Source of the DNA: Octopus vulgaris
Taxonomy: Eukaryota
Length of the DNA: 64,000 nt
NCBI GenBank assembly: GCA_951406725.2
Contig: OX597814.1
Coordinates: forward strand, 155,496,001-155,560,000
Direction of reading: 5' to 3'
Both the position numbers and the translations under genes were made by a program. Shown piece by piece: positions 1 through 14,672 of this stretch (the stretch's first letter is position 1; every line of letters starts with the position of its first letter). The notes below the pieces were generated by a model. It was not told the DNA's origin, ran no database searches, and was given only the letters and a program-made list of their open reading frames with translations.

Positions 1-779
1 AAATCGTTCTCTGAACAAGACATCAGATCGCTGTAGGATTAGCAAAGGTGCTCATGGTTCGCGTTAGAAGAATGGGAAATGAAGAAACTTTCTCAAGGAG
101 GCCTGTTTCACGAATCAAACTTAGCATCTAGCAATCGTATTTCAATTAAACTATTCAATCAACCACGTGCAGTCATACACACACACACACACACACACAC
201 ATGCGTGCACATACACCTTCACGCACTTGCCAAAACAAAAACATCAATTATAATAATAGTCCAAGACAAAAATATAAATATTCTTTTTAATATTGGCACA
301 AGTCCAGAAATTTCGAGGGAAAGGGGTAAGGCGACTACACCGACCAAATTGCTAAAAATGTTCTTGTGTTATCGGTCCCGAAAAACATGAATGGCAAAAT
401 CGATCTCGGAGGTATTATGTTGAGCATTTTGTCCAGCTTGCTAACGATTCTGAAAATTCGCCGCCTTCGTTGAATATAAAATAAAAAAAAACCACGTTAT
501 TTGTAGCAACAGCAAGATTATAGCTACACGAATAACAATAAAAGAGGCAGTAAAGTGATGCAATACGAATATCAGGAAAAAAGCATCAACAGCGAAGTCA
601 ACCGACAATACGTTAACAAAGAGGAACAACGTCGGCGGTAGAAAGCACAACGACAACAACAAGAACAAGAAATATTCGTATAAATATTCCAAGTAGTAAT
701 TACTATAACAGGAATAAGCATTAACTATTTGTACACAGCCACATCAAACAGGGAAGCAAATAAACAAAAAATGATACAC

Positions 780-882
780 ACAGACGCACATATACATATG
801 TATAGGCAATTATATATATACAAATAAATGTACATGCATCATATACATATATATATATATATATTCGTATATTATTCGTTTA

Positions 883-927
<45 letters not shown>

Positions 928-1086
928 TCGTATATTTTTCGTATATATATATTATATACAAATATGAATACAAATATATACACTCTCATACACACATCAC
1001 GCCCACAAACATATATACATGAAGGCACAAACGCTGTGTGTAAGTGTGAATGAGTCTTATAAATATTATGTAATATAATACACATG

Positions 1087-1140
<54 letters not shown>

Positions 1141-1218
1141 TATATATATATACATACACACATATTTGTGTGTATAGATATATACATATTTATACATGCA
1201 TACAAATATACGTATGTA

Positions 1219-1264
<46 letters not shown>

Positions 1265-1345
1265 GTACATATATATATGCATACACACACAAACACATAT
1301 ATATATGTGTATATATATGTAGACACAAACATACACACATATAAA
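780..1345. repeat. Compound (TA)n/(TACA)n/(CA)n microsatellite tract
   Basis: Directly visible low-complexity repeats; they explain the overlapping YIYI/CVCV ORFs. Confidence 0.95.
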
Positions 1346-2351
1346 AGAGGGATAGGGAGATATAGATATAAATTACATATTATACTTATAATTCACAAAT
1401 CTCACGCATCAGATGAGAAACAAGTGAACAAGTAACAAAAAAAATGAAATTTCGTATTAAAGGGGGAATGAGAAAGATATAATCTAAAACGACTATAATA
1501 AAATAAATAAAGATGAAAATAGAAAAAACAAAACAACCAAATAGCACCAGAAATGAATATACAAAAATTAGATAACGCAAGGCGATATATCCATTAACTA
1601 AACAAAATTAAACTGATCTATAAAAATAATTTATAAAATCTACAAAGAAAATTAAAATTAACGAAATAAACAAAGGAAAAAAAATGTTAACTGAGGGCAG
1701 TTTAATATTATTTCCAATTATAAAATGAATAAATTTATGAGAAAAACAAGCATAATTTACGTCTATTGAAAACACAATTTCTAGGAAGACAAAACGTAAA
1801 AGAACTCGACTAACAAAATTGGATAACATATTAATTTATTTCTATTAGAGAAAATAAAGACCTTATATATATGTATGGCAGTATGTACGCATGCACATGT
1901 ACAAACATTCTATAATTCTTTAAGTGCTTTTACTCACTGGACAGCGGCCGTAATTAGGTACCGCTTTGAAATGCTTGGTTGATCATATCGGTTTTATATT
2001 TTCGTACATGCCACTTCTCTGTGGAAATCAGAAATGAGTTCTAAACTTTAAAATATGTAATGAAATTGATATGAATAAACAACCACTAAAATTTTGCGCT
2101 ATAACATCGCCGCTGTCCATTGAGAGAAACTAGAAAAAGAATAAATGAATACATGTATATTCACACATACACATACACACGCACACACATACACAAATGA
2201 CAAGGGAACTAGGAATTATGTAATGAATTTCATTGGACTGTCAGATAAATTTGTTTGCTTTTAATTTTATTTTGAGCCTTACTTTTCATCTACAATTTGA
2301 ACAAATCAGCCAATATTATATTCTTCTTCATAGTCCATGATTATTTTCCTA

Positions 2352-2503
2352 CGAGTTGGGTGAATCGTTAGCATGCCGGGCAAAATATTTAGCAACATTT
2401 CGTCCGTCTTCACGTTCCGAGTTGAAATTCTGTCGAGGTTGACTTCATTCTTCGGGGTCGATAAAATAAATACCAGTTGAGCACTGGGGTCGATGTAATT
2501 AAC
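2352..2503 (+). mobile_element. SINE family A copy (degenerate)
   Basis: Shares gaatcgttagca...ttcgtccgtcttcacgttc...tcggggtcgataaaataa.taccagttgagcactggggtcgatgtaat with about 10 other copies in the window. Confidence 0.8.
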
Positions 2504-2599
2504 TAAAATTTAAAACCATTATAGTGAAATTCATATCCAGAACACGATGAATGTTCAACATAAGCACACAACCACACTCATTACAATATATAAACTCTC

Positions 2600-2895
2600 A
2601 TTTTTTTGTCGCCCTTATCAAACCTAGCCAGGTTCATGTGCCCGGTTTCCTGGTTTCTGTGACGTATGTGTTCCCAGCTGGACGGGACACCAGTACATTG
2701 CAGCGTTACTCAAGAAACAGAAAGAAAGTTCTGGCGAAAGAGTAAACCAGGGGTCTCCACCAACCCCTGCCGGAGCCTCGTGGAGCTTTTAGGTGTTTTC
2801 GCTCAATAAACACACACAATGTCCGATCTGGGAATCGAAACCACGATCCTCCGACCGCGAGTCCGCTGCCCTAACCACTGGGCCATTGTGCCTCT
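2600..2895 (-). mobile_element. tRNA-derived SINE, family C
   Basis: Minus strand starts ggcacaaTGGCCCAGTGGttagggcagcggactcgcggtcggaggatcgtGGTTTCGATTCC (Pol III A and B boxes) and ends in an A-rich tail; homologous to the head of the copy at 42030. Confidence 0.85.
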
Positions 2896-2991
2896 ACACA
2901 ATATATAAACACTTTTGATTATCTCCAAATTTTCAAAATCTTCCCCGTCGTTTATGGAGGTCAACTCACCCATTATTATTTCTACTACTAC

Positions 2992-3170
2992 AGGCGGCGA
3001 GCTGGCAGACTAGTTAGCACGTCGGGTAAACTGCTCAGCGGTATTTCATAGGGTTTTTATGTTCTGAGTTCAAATTCCACCGAGATCTACTTTGCCTTTT
3101 GTGCTTTCGGGGTGAATAAAATAAGTACCAGTTGAGCACTGGGGTCTATGTCATCCACTTAGCCTCTCCC
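2992..3170 (+). mobile_element. SINE family A copy
   Basis: ggcggcgagctggcaga head, gagttcaaattcc B-box-like motif, conserved taaaataagtaccagttgagcactggggtc block. Confidence 0.85.
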
Positions 3171-3724
3171 ATTATTACCACTGCTATTCGATCTCGACTT
3201 TCAGGCTTTTACATAGGGACACAGCTAATCAATTTCACTGAATAATATGTTTCCGATTATTAGATTTTAGCGTGTTTTTAGCTCTAAAAATAGTTTATCT
3301 CCCCAAACGAAATTAATTCTAAACATAAATACACATTCACTTTCTCCCACTCCAACACCTCCCACAACGTTCGCATTTAAATACTTAAACTCCAGCCAGA
3401 AATTCTTAAGATATTACTGTCATTTTGGTCATTCAACCACACACGTACGCATACATACTGGCAAACGCGTACAAAGTCTCATACACACGTACATACGCAC
3501 GCACGTGCACACATATATCTTCGTCATTATATCTTTAAAGTGTACAGCTGACTCTTTGACCTGATTGCAATACGTACTTCTATTTCGTCACCTATTATTC
3601 TTTTTTACCCATTCAAATTCTATTTTGGCTAATTCCTAAATTCAAACACTCTAAGCACACACAGACTCACACATACACACACACATACGTACACACACAA
3701 ACACGGACACACACACACGCGCAC

Positions 3725-4011
3725 GCACACATGCGAAGAAACACATACGCACACATATACACACATACACACACACACACGCACAAGCAATGAAACACAC
3801 ATATGCACACACGAACACTCTGAGTGCGCCTTTAAGAATCTATTTCAAACTTCACTTCTAGACACAGACACACACACGCACACACGCGAAGAAACACACA
3901 TACGCACACACATACACACATACACACACACACAAGCAATGAAATACACATATGCACACACGAACACTCTGAGTGCGCCTTTAAGAATTTATTTCAAACT
4001 TGACTTCTAGA
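3725..4011. repeat. Tandem duplication, two units of about 150 bp
   Basis: gcgaagaaacaca...caagcaatgaaa...cgaacactctgagtgcgcctttaagaat.tatttcaaactt.acttctaga occurs at about 3725-3862 and 3880-4011. Confidence 0.9.
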
Positions 4012-6004
4012 ACAAATTAAGCTAAGCGTTCCAATCAGCTATCTCATCAATAAACCCACTAAGACACCCACGCATACACATACACCGACGCGCATGCACA
4101 ACCAAACGTTGAATACATTCACTCTCATACGTAAATAAATACACACACAGCCTAATAATACAGTTAAATACTAAAACCTCTCCATGCTAAATATAACCAC
4201 CATATAAATCAAACAAAACGCAAGTCAGCTAAGAATAAATACATAGCCGAGTCAGAAACGCACACACTTATAATTACTTGTGTTAACGTAGACATCTATC
4301 AGCAACGGCACTTAAGCTTCTGCATGTGCTATTTGTAAGGTGTCCAATAGAGAGCATTGTTTTTCTGCTAACAATTGATCCATGTAACACATCAGTGTTT
4401 CTGAGATTTTGACCTCCTGTTAAACTGTTATGGCGCCAAAGTGTATTCGGCCATATAACTTCTGTACGTGGCAAATTTGTTAATTAGAGATCGGCTTGTA
4501 AATCCTATATTTGACACACATCCTTTATTGAAACTGTCTTGTTTTTTCTCGGCTGAGTTCCAATTTTTCCATTCCGTTTGTCAATCTTAAAATCTAGAAC
4601 ACAGCATTTGTTGAATGTGTCATCTCCTAAGCATTCACAAATGTAATGGCATTCATTAGAAATTGAAAATGGATTGCTGATACAACATACATAGGAAGCT
4701 TGTCTCTCTTTTAAATCAGTCACCGACTAAATCTTTAGAAAATCAAGATGCAATAGTGTCATGAAGAATTTCATTAAAAAAAACCACACACAACAGAAAA
4801 ATAAGCATTCAAGGGCGAAGTTTTAAAAGATTTTGAATTATAGCAGACTGTCGAAAATATGATAAATTAAAGAATCTGTAGAGAATAGAAAACTAATTTA
4901 TAACTATTTCAATAATTTTTTAACTTCTGACTGACTGTATGGAATTTGAGATCACTTTACAATGCTTAATGGATTTTTATATTCGTTCGAGGTCTAAGAA
5001 AATCTAAAATGACAATGCTGGACGAAATTATAGTCTTTCTAGTATTTATACCCGTCCCTTTATACTTTTTTAATTTAATTCTTTAAGCAGTTTGACTGTC
5101 TTTTGTTTTTCCATTCATATTAAGCAGCCATATTCTGAAGTAAATTCAATCGACTATTAGCAAATTTATGGTCCTGCGAACTCTAAATATTTTTAAATAA
5201 CTCATCAGTTACACAGTTTGTATATTGAAAATAGCTTAAAGTAAAATTTTCAGTTGGTACCGTCTTAAGATGGTCTTGATCAGCCGTAGTTATAGCGCGT
5301 ACTGCTCAGTAATATCAAAAGCCGCGCAGCTCTCGATGAGTAGACATACTCTCTATCCATTAATTTTGTGTCTGTCTAATAATAATAATGGTAAATCATT
5401 GTTTAAATAACTTCTGGATCTAATATCAGTGATGCATAAGACAAAATGACTCATTGAAAGATGAGAAAATAAAAAATATTGTTTCTATGTAGTCATTGTA
5501 ATCTGTGCAGGCAATGAGACCGCTGGAAATAACTAATTTTCCCTCAGATTATGCTCTGTTGTCTTATAATAGGAAGGACGAATTGCGTGACTCTGTATGT
5601 ACCTAAAAAAAAAAACAGGATGGTAATGATAGGAACTCTTTTCATGCGGAGTTACTCGATCAGGGAGAATTTGAGGTAAAACAGCAACTTAGCCCACGTT
5701 TCAGTTTCTTTTTAGTTTGGAATCTCTGCACCTTATACAATGTTTATTTTGTGACAGAGGACATAATTACATAACGGGAAAGTAGTTAATCTCGATTCTC
5801 GACTAGATATTTGAAGATTCACAAACATCATGGAAATAATTTGAGAAATGCAAAATGGTTGTAAAACATTTTTTGCTGTTATTATTGCTGAAATACTTGA
5901 CTGTTTATGTGTTGATGTCGGTGTTGAACGCGCTGATAACCTTCATATATCTAATCCATTACCAAAAATGTTCTACCCATGGCCATCTCGTCTTCCCCTT
6001 TATT

Positions 6005-6226
6005 TACGAGGGTGTACTGAAAAGTTCCTGGATTTGGGTAAAAGAAAGTACAAGAGGATCAGCTAGTTATGATTTTTATTAAACATATTCCCTTCTCAGA
6101 TTCACGTACTTATTGCAGCATTCCTTCAGTTTTTCTAAGTCCGGTAAAAGAACTCGTAAACGTTGGGTCTCTAACCAGGCCTTTTGCGATAGCCTTAAAG
6201 CTAGGAAATTTTCAGCACTCCTTTAT
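6005..6226. mobile_element. Mariner-type MITE, about 220 bp
   Basis: Left end TAcgagggtgtactgaaaagttcctggattt; reverse complement of the right end TAtaaaggagtgctgaaaatttcctagcttt; TA flanks; no coding capacity. Confidence 0.7.
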
Positions 6227-6670
6227 ATTGTCCGACGTGTCTTCTCTTTTCCTTAAATAAATTAGATGAGATTTAATATTTGGCTTCTATTTTTAAGATT
6301 GAGACTTCCACATATGTGAAGTGGCAACATATTATTTTCCAAATGTTTCTACATTTATACAAAATCTAAAATGAAGCAGTATTTATTCTGCCTATGGAAA
6401 ACAATAGTGGACTTTTGAACTATTGGCTTTCTAAGACTTCACAAAACATAAGTAGCATTATCATCATTCTCAATACGGTATTTTAGTTTAAATCCCTTTG
6501 ATTTTAATTAATTCAATATATTCGAACTGATATTATGAGATATACTTGAAATTCAATTAATCAAAGCAATTCAATATATCAAAACTAATATATCAAGTTA
6601 GTTACAGAAACATTGTGGGAAAAAAAACATACACTATTTGACCCGTCACCATGACTAGCTGGTAATTTGT

Positions 6671-6750
6671 TTCCTTCCTTCCTTACTTACTTCCTTCCTC
6701 CCTCACTTCCTTCCTTCCTTCCTTCCTTTCTTCCTTCCTTCCTTCCTTCC
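6671..6750. repeat. (TTCC)n microsatellite
   Basis: Directly visible. Confidence 0.95.
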
Positions 6751-8740
6751 ACGTACACATAAAGCTTATGCGGCACAGGACATATACTTCATGTCATTAA
6801 ATAACCAATGCTTTATTGTTTTTAATATTGATTTACGACTTTATTTGACTTTTAGTGCGGTGCAGCGCAATTCTCAGTAAATAGGTTGAAGGTCGGCATT
6901 TTGAAAGTTCGAAATTAAATATCACATTATTAATAGTCCATATTCAAGTAATATCTATTTTAAAACGACTATTTTTTTCTTCCTTACTTTTCATTTCACA
7001 TTTGTTTTGAAAGATAATGTGCATTCTCCCGTACCAAGAGTTGAGGTCAGGTAGTTTATTCAGCCAGTCATTAATACGCTTTATCTTCTTTACAATGTAA
7101 AACTTTAAACAAGCTATATTTGTTATTTTGAAAAGTTAATGGTATTTTTATGTATGTTGATTTATGGAATCATGATCAATTTCGCAAAAATCATAGATAT
7201 TTCGGCAACATATTTATAGAAGAAATAAGAAATTCTACTTTTAGTGTGATAAATCACAAGATTGGATATTGTTTAGTTGCGGCTGTAGCTTTCCTTATCT
7301 GGATATTTCATTCTACATTCCATCTGTTTGTACCGAGAAAAAAATTTTGTTAATGTCGACAAAATATTCTAAATTGGCATTAGAATAAGCGAGACATTTT
7401 GAACATTTTAATTTTCTGTTCTATTTGACTAAGATGCATCGATATATTTTACAAAATAACTAACTGGAAGAAATATAGAAATTAAAATCTGGTGATATAC
7501 AGGAAAACAACTGATGCCTTTTGAAGACATTCTTTTTTGTCTCATTAAGTAGCGGGAAAACAATTTTAATTAGAATTAAAACTGGCAGAAAAAGTTAAAT
7601 GATATAAGATATGTAGAAAGTATCTGTGTTGTATAGTAAAACATAGGGAACGAAATCATAATAAGAGCAAGTTTTCTTGTATGTAATTTTTTATATAACG
7701 GGGAACAGTTAAAGTCGGAAATGAAAGTGTGTAGCATCACTCCACAACATATATTTCAAGTTTCCAAAAAGCAAGTTTGCAACAAGATACAACCGGTTAA
7801 TGCCAAAGTGTCAAAATGTATTGAATTATTGATCCCCAAAGCAATGCCCAGCGTCTATAAACATATACTAGCTTAGTTGATGTGTCTTTAAGATCACAGT
7901 AGCTTCCAAAAAGTTAAATCTCTAGACATTAGAAACACGGGAGAACATATATTCAGAATTGTCTGACAAATACGCAGAAAACAATAAGCGTATACTAAAG
8001 AAGTAAGTCCAGACACATGCGTATTTTTCTTTCTTATCAATACATTTCTCTCTTTAATTTTACTGTTTCCATTCTTAACCCTCTTAAATTTGTTCCTTAT
8101 TTGTATTCTATGAAACATTCAAATCAAATAAATTATAGCAATTAGAGTGGCATATCATAATAACTATTTTGTATCAATAACTAAAATGTACATGTGTTCC
8201 AATTTTTATATGCACAAACTCGATCTTAGCTGTAGAAATAAATGATGAGAAAAGTAACCATTTCAAAATTTTTCACTTTCGATTGTCAGACAGAAGCGAG
8301 TTTAATTAGGTGTAGGACGTGATCATCTATCATTTTATAAAACATAGGCCACAGGGAAATGGAAAATGCGTCAAATAAGTTCTTCACGTTGGTTTCAATT
8401 ACAAAAAACGCATTAAGTAGGGTGATAAACAAAGTCAACGGCGGGGAAGCATGAACATAGAACAATCAGCATCAATAGAATTAGCAGAGCCATTTGAATT
8501 TCGGACAAACATCTTTCAGTATTTAGTTAATGACCTTTATATTCTGAGTTCAAATTTTACTGAGAGTAACTATGCCTTTTGTCCTTCCGTAGTCGATAAA
8601 ATGAAAATATCATTCAGGTAATGGAGTTAATATAATCAACTATGGTCTCACAATTAAATGGTCTTGTTCAGAGAGAAGGTGTGTTGTAAAAACTGTAAAA
8701 TATTTGATTAAATATCTTTCAATAATTATATTCATTCATT

Positions 8741-8937
8741 GGAGGCAGCGAGCCGGCGAAATGCTTTGCGGTATTTCGTCCGTCTTTACGTTCTGGGTCC
8801 TAATTACGCCGAGGTCACCTTTGTTTGTCATCCTTTTGTGATAGATAAAATAAGTTCCAGTTGAGCACTGAGCTCCATATAGTCGACTTAATTATCTCCT
8901 GAAACTGCTAACCTTGTGCCAAAATTTGAAACCAGTA
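8741..8937 (+). mobile_element. SINE family A copy (preceded by a more decayed copy at about 8500-8670)
   Basis: Same diagnostic blocks as other family A copies, 3' end ccttgtgccaaaatttgaaacc. Confidence 0.8.
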
Positions 8938-9069
8938 TCTATTTACATTCTCACAAATTTTGAGTTCAAATTTAAGTTGTGTGCGCTCAAAATAGTCAAT
9001 ATTTCCAATTACCCGTAACAGAATTTTGGCTTTGAAACTGGTTCAAAAATGATTTTAATTTGCTGAAGG

Positions 9070-9407
9070 TGTAACAGTAGTTATTTGGAGAATAACTTTA
9101 TTTGTGAATTGATTTGATCGAGGCAGAAGGGATTGTGTACACAGCCTTTATAGACTGAGACTATAAGGGCAGTATGATCCATTGAAAAAGTTGCAAGTTG
9201 ACGACTGCGGGAAAAACAAAAGACGTAAGAATTGGATATAGGGGATATTGTAGAACACAATATGGAAGATAAGATGATGAGGAACAAGTGGATCCAAGGC
9301 ACCTCCTTAATATGGCACAAACCAAGCTTACTCCGGGGATTAGAAGGTACTTTAGTTACAGAAGAAGTTGACACGATTTCATTTTCTTCCTCCTTAGCGA
9401 TATCACA
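9070..9407 (-). mobile_element. Candidate solo LTR (338 bp)
   Basis: Minus strand starts TGTgat and ends gttACA, with TATAAA followed by AATAAA near the 3' end; no matching target-site duplication found. Confidence 0.35.
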
Positions 9408-9410
9408 ATG

Positions 9411-12400
9411 TAGGGCCATAGCCAGGCTGAGGCAGAGGAGACAGTTGCGTCTTCTGATTCTCCTTAACTGATGGTAATAGTGAGCCGAGTATTCAAAATC
9501 ATGGGATGTTAAAATATTTGTTTTTGTGTTATTTTGATTTTATCAAGAAGTTGACAACAAATAATAATGACTTTAAATAGTAAATTTAGTTTTAGTCTAA
9601 TAAAATGAATGACGTTTCACAGTGGTAGTTAAACCATGTAAAGTGCTTATGGAATGTTCTCTGACACTCACCGTCTCCCTCTGGGTGTGGGCTATTTTTA
9701 GACATGATTGCCTGCCTGGGAACTCCTGAAATTGCTAGGTGGAGCTATTTTTGAATGCATGTGAGATCACACTCCTCAGAGTTGGGTGAGAAAGAATGGT
9801 TTTGGATTGGTGTTTGGTGTATTTACTGCAACCATTTATTCGACATCACACTTAACAGGGTGTTTTCTTGGAAGGATCCTCCTAGCTAACGGGCAAAAAT
9901 AAGCGATTATTTCAAACGAGTACCATCAAACATGAAAGTCTCCTTAATATTATACAGAAAAAGGATTAAACAAATTGTTTCCTGTAAAGCCTGAACTGTG
10001 TTCCTCCTCTGTGGCCTTTTGTCAGCAGAACTTATATATTACTGACCTATCCATCATCTGTCTGTCCATTAACTTTTTCTGCAAAGGACTTCTCTCAAGC
10101 TGCTGGCTCAAATGGGGCCAAATTTTAATGATAGTACCCGGGCTGGTCCTCTATCAAGTTAGTTTAACTTGTGCAAATTCAGCAATTCTTTACCATTCTT
10201 TGAATAAATGCTTTAACAATCTTCTCCGAAATTATTGGACCAATTGTCACACAAAGTTTTGATGATATACCAAGAAGAAAAGAAATCAATCACAGACCAT
10301 CTTTCTAAAGCATATGCTCAGCGAGTTAAAAAGAACAGTTCAGCTCTTTTATGTATTCTTGATGTAACCACTTCCCTTGCAAAGAGAAGAATTTCACTTA
10401 GAGGAAATTAGAAGAAGGAAGAAGATTGTAATTTCAACTTTTTTATTAAGTGGAACGCAAAAGATAATCCTGAATTTGTAGCTTTTCTGGAAAATGCATC
10501 CAAGGAATGCCACATGAAACTTGTGATGCAGTCACAATGGAGTAGTAATCAGTCTAAATACGTTATATCACGATCAAAGTTAGGGGAACCAAAGAGGTAG
10601 CTGAAGTTTTTCTTAGATTTATACAGCTTGAGCAGACAAATGCTCAATCAATCACTGAATTACTGATGACCACCCTGAGTAAGTGGAATGTTGATTTAAG
10701 CAAGTGAAGAGGAAAAGGCTTTGATAGAGCACCTGTGATGGCTGGTGATGTCAGTGCTGTGTCGAAACTCATAAAGGACGCTCTTCCACAAGTAAAATAT
10801 TTCACCCTTGCAGAAACTACTGACTCAACCTTGTAGTGGTTAATTCCTGCCAAGATATTCCTGCTATTAGAAATTTCATGAGTGCATTCTAGGATATGAG
10901 CTTTTTTTCACAACAATAGCTACCAAAGAAAATTAATCTTGAAATCCAAAGTTACTCAGAAGGAACTAATTGGATTGTTGAGTGATTTTGAGGTACATGA
11001 AGAAGAGCTATTTATTGCCTCTAACATGAGACAAGGCATAGTCTCTGTGAAACCAGATGGTTGTGAAGAGCTGACTCACTTAGTACCTTGTTTGTTAAAT
11101 ATGATCAAGTTAAAGATGATTTTGAAGAAATAAGTATAATGTATTCTGGCAAATCAAATTTGAAAAGAATGAGTGAATTTAGATTTATAATGACAGGAGT
11201 CATAATACAGTATGTCCTGGGATACCGCAGACTAATTTCTATTGCTTTGCAGTCAAAGCAGTGTGATCTTTTTGAACCATATGAAGAATGCCAAAGATTG
11301 ATGGAAGTGCTCAAATCCCAACGAAATAATGACACTTTCAAGCAGTTGTATTCAAGAGCCACTCATTATCTGAAGGAAAATTATGGGACTGATAAAGAGC
11401 CTAAAATTGAGCATGTATCAGCAGGGAAGAGACAAATACATAGCGCCAATGCCCCTGCCAGAAACTGTGAAAAAGTCTATAAGATAAGTTGCTATTTCAC
11501 ATTTATTGACCATGTAATGGTCTCAGAAGATTTGAGATATGCGATGTTGACATTCCACCTCTTACCAGAAAAGGTGCAACAACTAACTGAAGATCAAGAA
11601 AGGGACATCATGGAAGAGTTTTTGGAAGATTTGCTCTCAGCTGTTAGTTTCCGTCAAGAGCGAGTGAGGCGGAAACAAAAGCCTCAAAAATGCTAGTCCT
11701 ACAGCTAAACGGAATTGATAAGATACTTTGTCCAAATATCAATGCAACCCTCTCTCCGATGGCTACTCTTTTTGTGAGCGATCATTCAATGCACTTAGGC
11801 ATCTAAAACATGGTGTAAAACCTGTATGGAAGAGAATAGATTGAATGGACTTGATATGGCTCATATTCACAAGGATAACCCATTGGTAGAGAATCTTGAC
11901 AACATTGAAGTATTAAAAAAGTGAGATGGGTCAACGCATAAGAAAATTTCACTAGCTTTTGATCATAATTTATCTGAAATAGAACAATCCAACTGATAGA
12001 CATTTTGGGCACTTTGACAGTCTGTTCTTTGACAAAAAGTGATTTTTGTCATTTCTCAACTCAACCGAAAGGGGACAGATTGGTCATCTGATTCAAATGT
12101 TTGATTCTTCATATATAATTCATTTTTATAATATCTTCATGGATATAAGATATGTAGCTTTTATTTTAGTTTTTTGATACAAAAATAAGTTCCAGTTTAG
12201 TATGTTTAATTTACTCTATGAATATATAACAGAACATACATGTAATTGTATGTGCTCTCCAAGTTGGAGAATTTTCTTGAACAGTTCATCAGAAATGGAG
12301 GAACCAAAAGGAAATGCATACATATGTATGCTTTAGCAAACTACTGTTTACATTAGATGCCATCATTCAGACTTGACAATTGATTAGTTTAGCAAAGGAC

Positions 12401-12850
12401 TTTATGGTGTTATATTAATTTGGTATTTGTGTCTGAGATACTTCAGTTTGAAAACCATTGAAAACATTTTTTAATGCCTTATACATTATGAATTGCCATT
12501 TGTTCTAATTTAATTTATAATTTGTTGTTATAATTTTTATCATCCTATATAATATACTAAATCAGATCTGCAAGTACAGATATATGCCTTTCAGACATAC
12601 CCTCGCTTTCCCTTTCCCATTATTAGGACAATGCATAGAATTGTTTGGAATTGCTAACTTGGTTTGGTTTTTGCTGGTCTTTGCTTCCTGTAATATTTTA
12701 GTCTGAATACATTGAACGTATTAGTGAATTGATTTATAAGGCAGCCATGTAAACACAATGTGAATGTCCATTGATATCTACCTCGTCTTAGTCAAATCTA
12801 AGAGAAAGAAAAATAGAAAAGAGAAGAGTAACTGCCTCAGAATTATGTTA
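9411..12850 (+). mobile_element. hAT DNA transposon fossil (DUF4371 / ZMYM1 / PRKRIR-like group)
   Basis: Left end tagggccatagccaggctgaggcag; inverted subterminal ctgcctcag at about 12832; internal transposase remnants. Confidence 0.7.
9975..11945 (+). pseudogene. Disrupted hAT transposase
   Basis: Hand translation gives KKNSSALLCILDVTTSLAKRRISLRG (about 10330-10405), RGKGFDRAPVMAG (about 10708; cf. RGQGYDGASVMSG), the 202-aa ORF 11088-11696, and, across a frameshift, a C-terminal dimerisation motif CERSFNALRHLK...RLNGLDMAHIHKD (about 11773-11878). Many stops and frameshifts. Confidence 0.88.
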
Positions 12851-12882
12851 GTAATATATTTATTGAAAACAAAATGATAAAG

Positions 12883-13133
12883 AGCCAAGTTGACTTCCGT
12901 GGAATTTGAACTCCGAGCACAGAGATCCAGAACTAATACCGCAAGTTATTTAATCAGAGGATTTAACTACGCTATGAATTGGCCGTCTAAATGTTCAAAT
13001 TTTGCCGAGGTCATCTTTGCCTTTCATCCTTTCGGAGTTGATAAATTAAGTACAATTTGAGCACCGGGGTGGATGTAATCGACTTATACCCTCCCCCAAA
13101 ATTATTGGCTTGTGCCAAAATTTGAAACCAATA
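12883..13133. mobile_element. Two family A SINE pieces in opposite orientations (minus about 12883-12988, plus about 12990-13133)
   Basis: aagttgacttccgtggaatttgaactc is the reverse complement of the gttcaaattttgccgaggtcatcttt block that follows. Confidence 0.7.
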
Positions 13134-14169
13134 TTCTGAATGATTATTTCTCTCGTATAGATGCACATTCTGGTCGAATACAGTCTTCTATTTGGCTTTG
13201 ATAACTCCAGAGTAGACTCTCTCATTTCATTTAGATTGATAAAGATAATATTGTTTTGTGAATCGTAAACTATGAAAATTTAGCAATATCTGTCAGCAAA
13301 TAGAAACGGCTAATAACAAGAAAATAATGAATTCCAACTTAACAATAGAGGTCTGAGTCAGTAAAGATAAATTAAGGCAGGCCACATAAATTTTTTTAAA
13401 AATAGAAATCAGAAATACAGGACACAAATATCATTGTTTTCGTAAGATTCGGAATCCAAGGGAGATGGGAACGCGTAAATATCAAGAAAAAAGTGTGGGG
13501 GAAGAAAGAAAAGAAATTTTAAATAAACGGGGCAAATTTAGTGATAGAATTTATTTATTTTCCCTTCCGATCAAGTAGTACAACCCTGATGAAAATGAAA
13601 CAAAACAATATTTTGATGTATATCAAATAAAGACTTATCTCAATATAAACAGAACATTCATTTCGCTAATAATAAATTTTTAATAAAAATAAGTTTGCCA
13701 TTTTGATTGCGAATAATATTATATGAATATTTAAATAGTTCCCTTGATTCACAGCTGCACACTCAAGTAACACAGCTATTTCTACAATGTCTCCATGGAA
13801 GACTAATGTACAAACACACACACACAAACATGAGTGGGAGCATAAAAAAGTATGTGTATGTTGAAATTTTGTTTATAACACAAAAACAGTTATAATGGGA
13901 ATATTTCTGTAATGCAAAGGAATTAGTAAAAGAGCTCAACGTAATTGAAAAGAAATCAGATTCAGACCAATGATGTAATGATTTATATATTAGGAAAGTT
14001 ATAAGAAAGCGACGTTTGAAAATGAAATGAGTTTTATATATAAATAAATACAATATGTTCTGCAACATATTGTACAAATGACTCTGTAAGGGATCAACTT
14101 TCTAGCATTCAACATTCAAGGGCACGTTTGTTTCTTCTCATTTTAGTCTTAGGTGTACACACACGTAAG

Positions 14170-14183
14170 AGCGCATATATACA

Positions 14184-14237
<54 letters not shown>

Positions 14238-14268
14238 TATATACATACACACAGATATGTATACATAC

Positions 14269-14322
<54 letters not shown>
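14170..14322. repeat. (CA)n-(TACA)n-(TA)n microsatellite
   Basis: Directly visible. Confidence 0.95.
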
Positions 14323-14324
<2 letters not shown>

Positions 14325-14672
14325 CTGTAGTTGTGTGGTGAGAAGCTTGCTTTCCACCCACATGGTTCCGGCTTCATTTCCACTCAATGGCACCTTGGAC
14401 GAGTGTCTTCTACTATACCCTCGGCCCGAACAAAGCCTTGTGAGTAGATTTGTTATGCAGATATTTGGGTGTCTGTGTTTGTCTCCCCCACCATCGCTTG
14501 AGAAACAACGTTGGTGCGTATGCGTCCCCGTAATCTAACGGTTCGGCAAAAAGAGACCGATAAAATAAGTGCCTAAGCTTTCAAAGAACAAGTCCTGGCG
14601 TCGATTTGTTCGACTAATGGTGATGCTCCAGCATGGCTGCAGGCAAATGACAAAAACCAGTTAAAGAATAAA
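14325..14672 (+). mobile_element. SINE family B copy
   Basis: gtgtggtgagaagcttgctt...catggttccgg...ggcaccttgg...caaagccttgtgagt...cggttcggcaaaaagagaccgataaaataagt...ctccagcatggc tail; homologous to 22110-22520. Confidence 0.85.

Noticed and set aside
4505-4723. CCISNPFSISNECHYICEC, a possible LINE C-terminal zinc knuckle
   Set aside because: One weak motif with no other LINE evidence.
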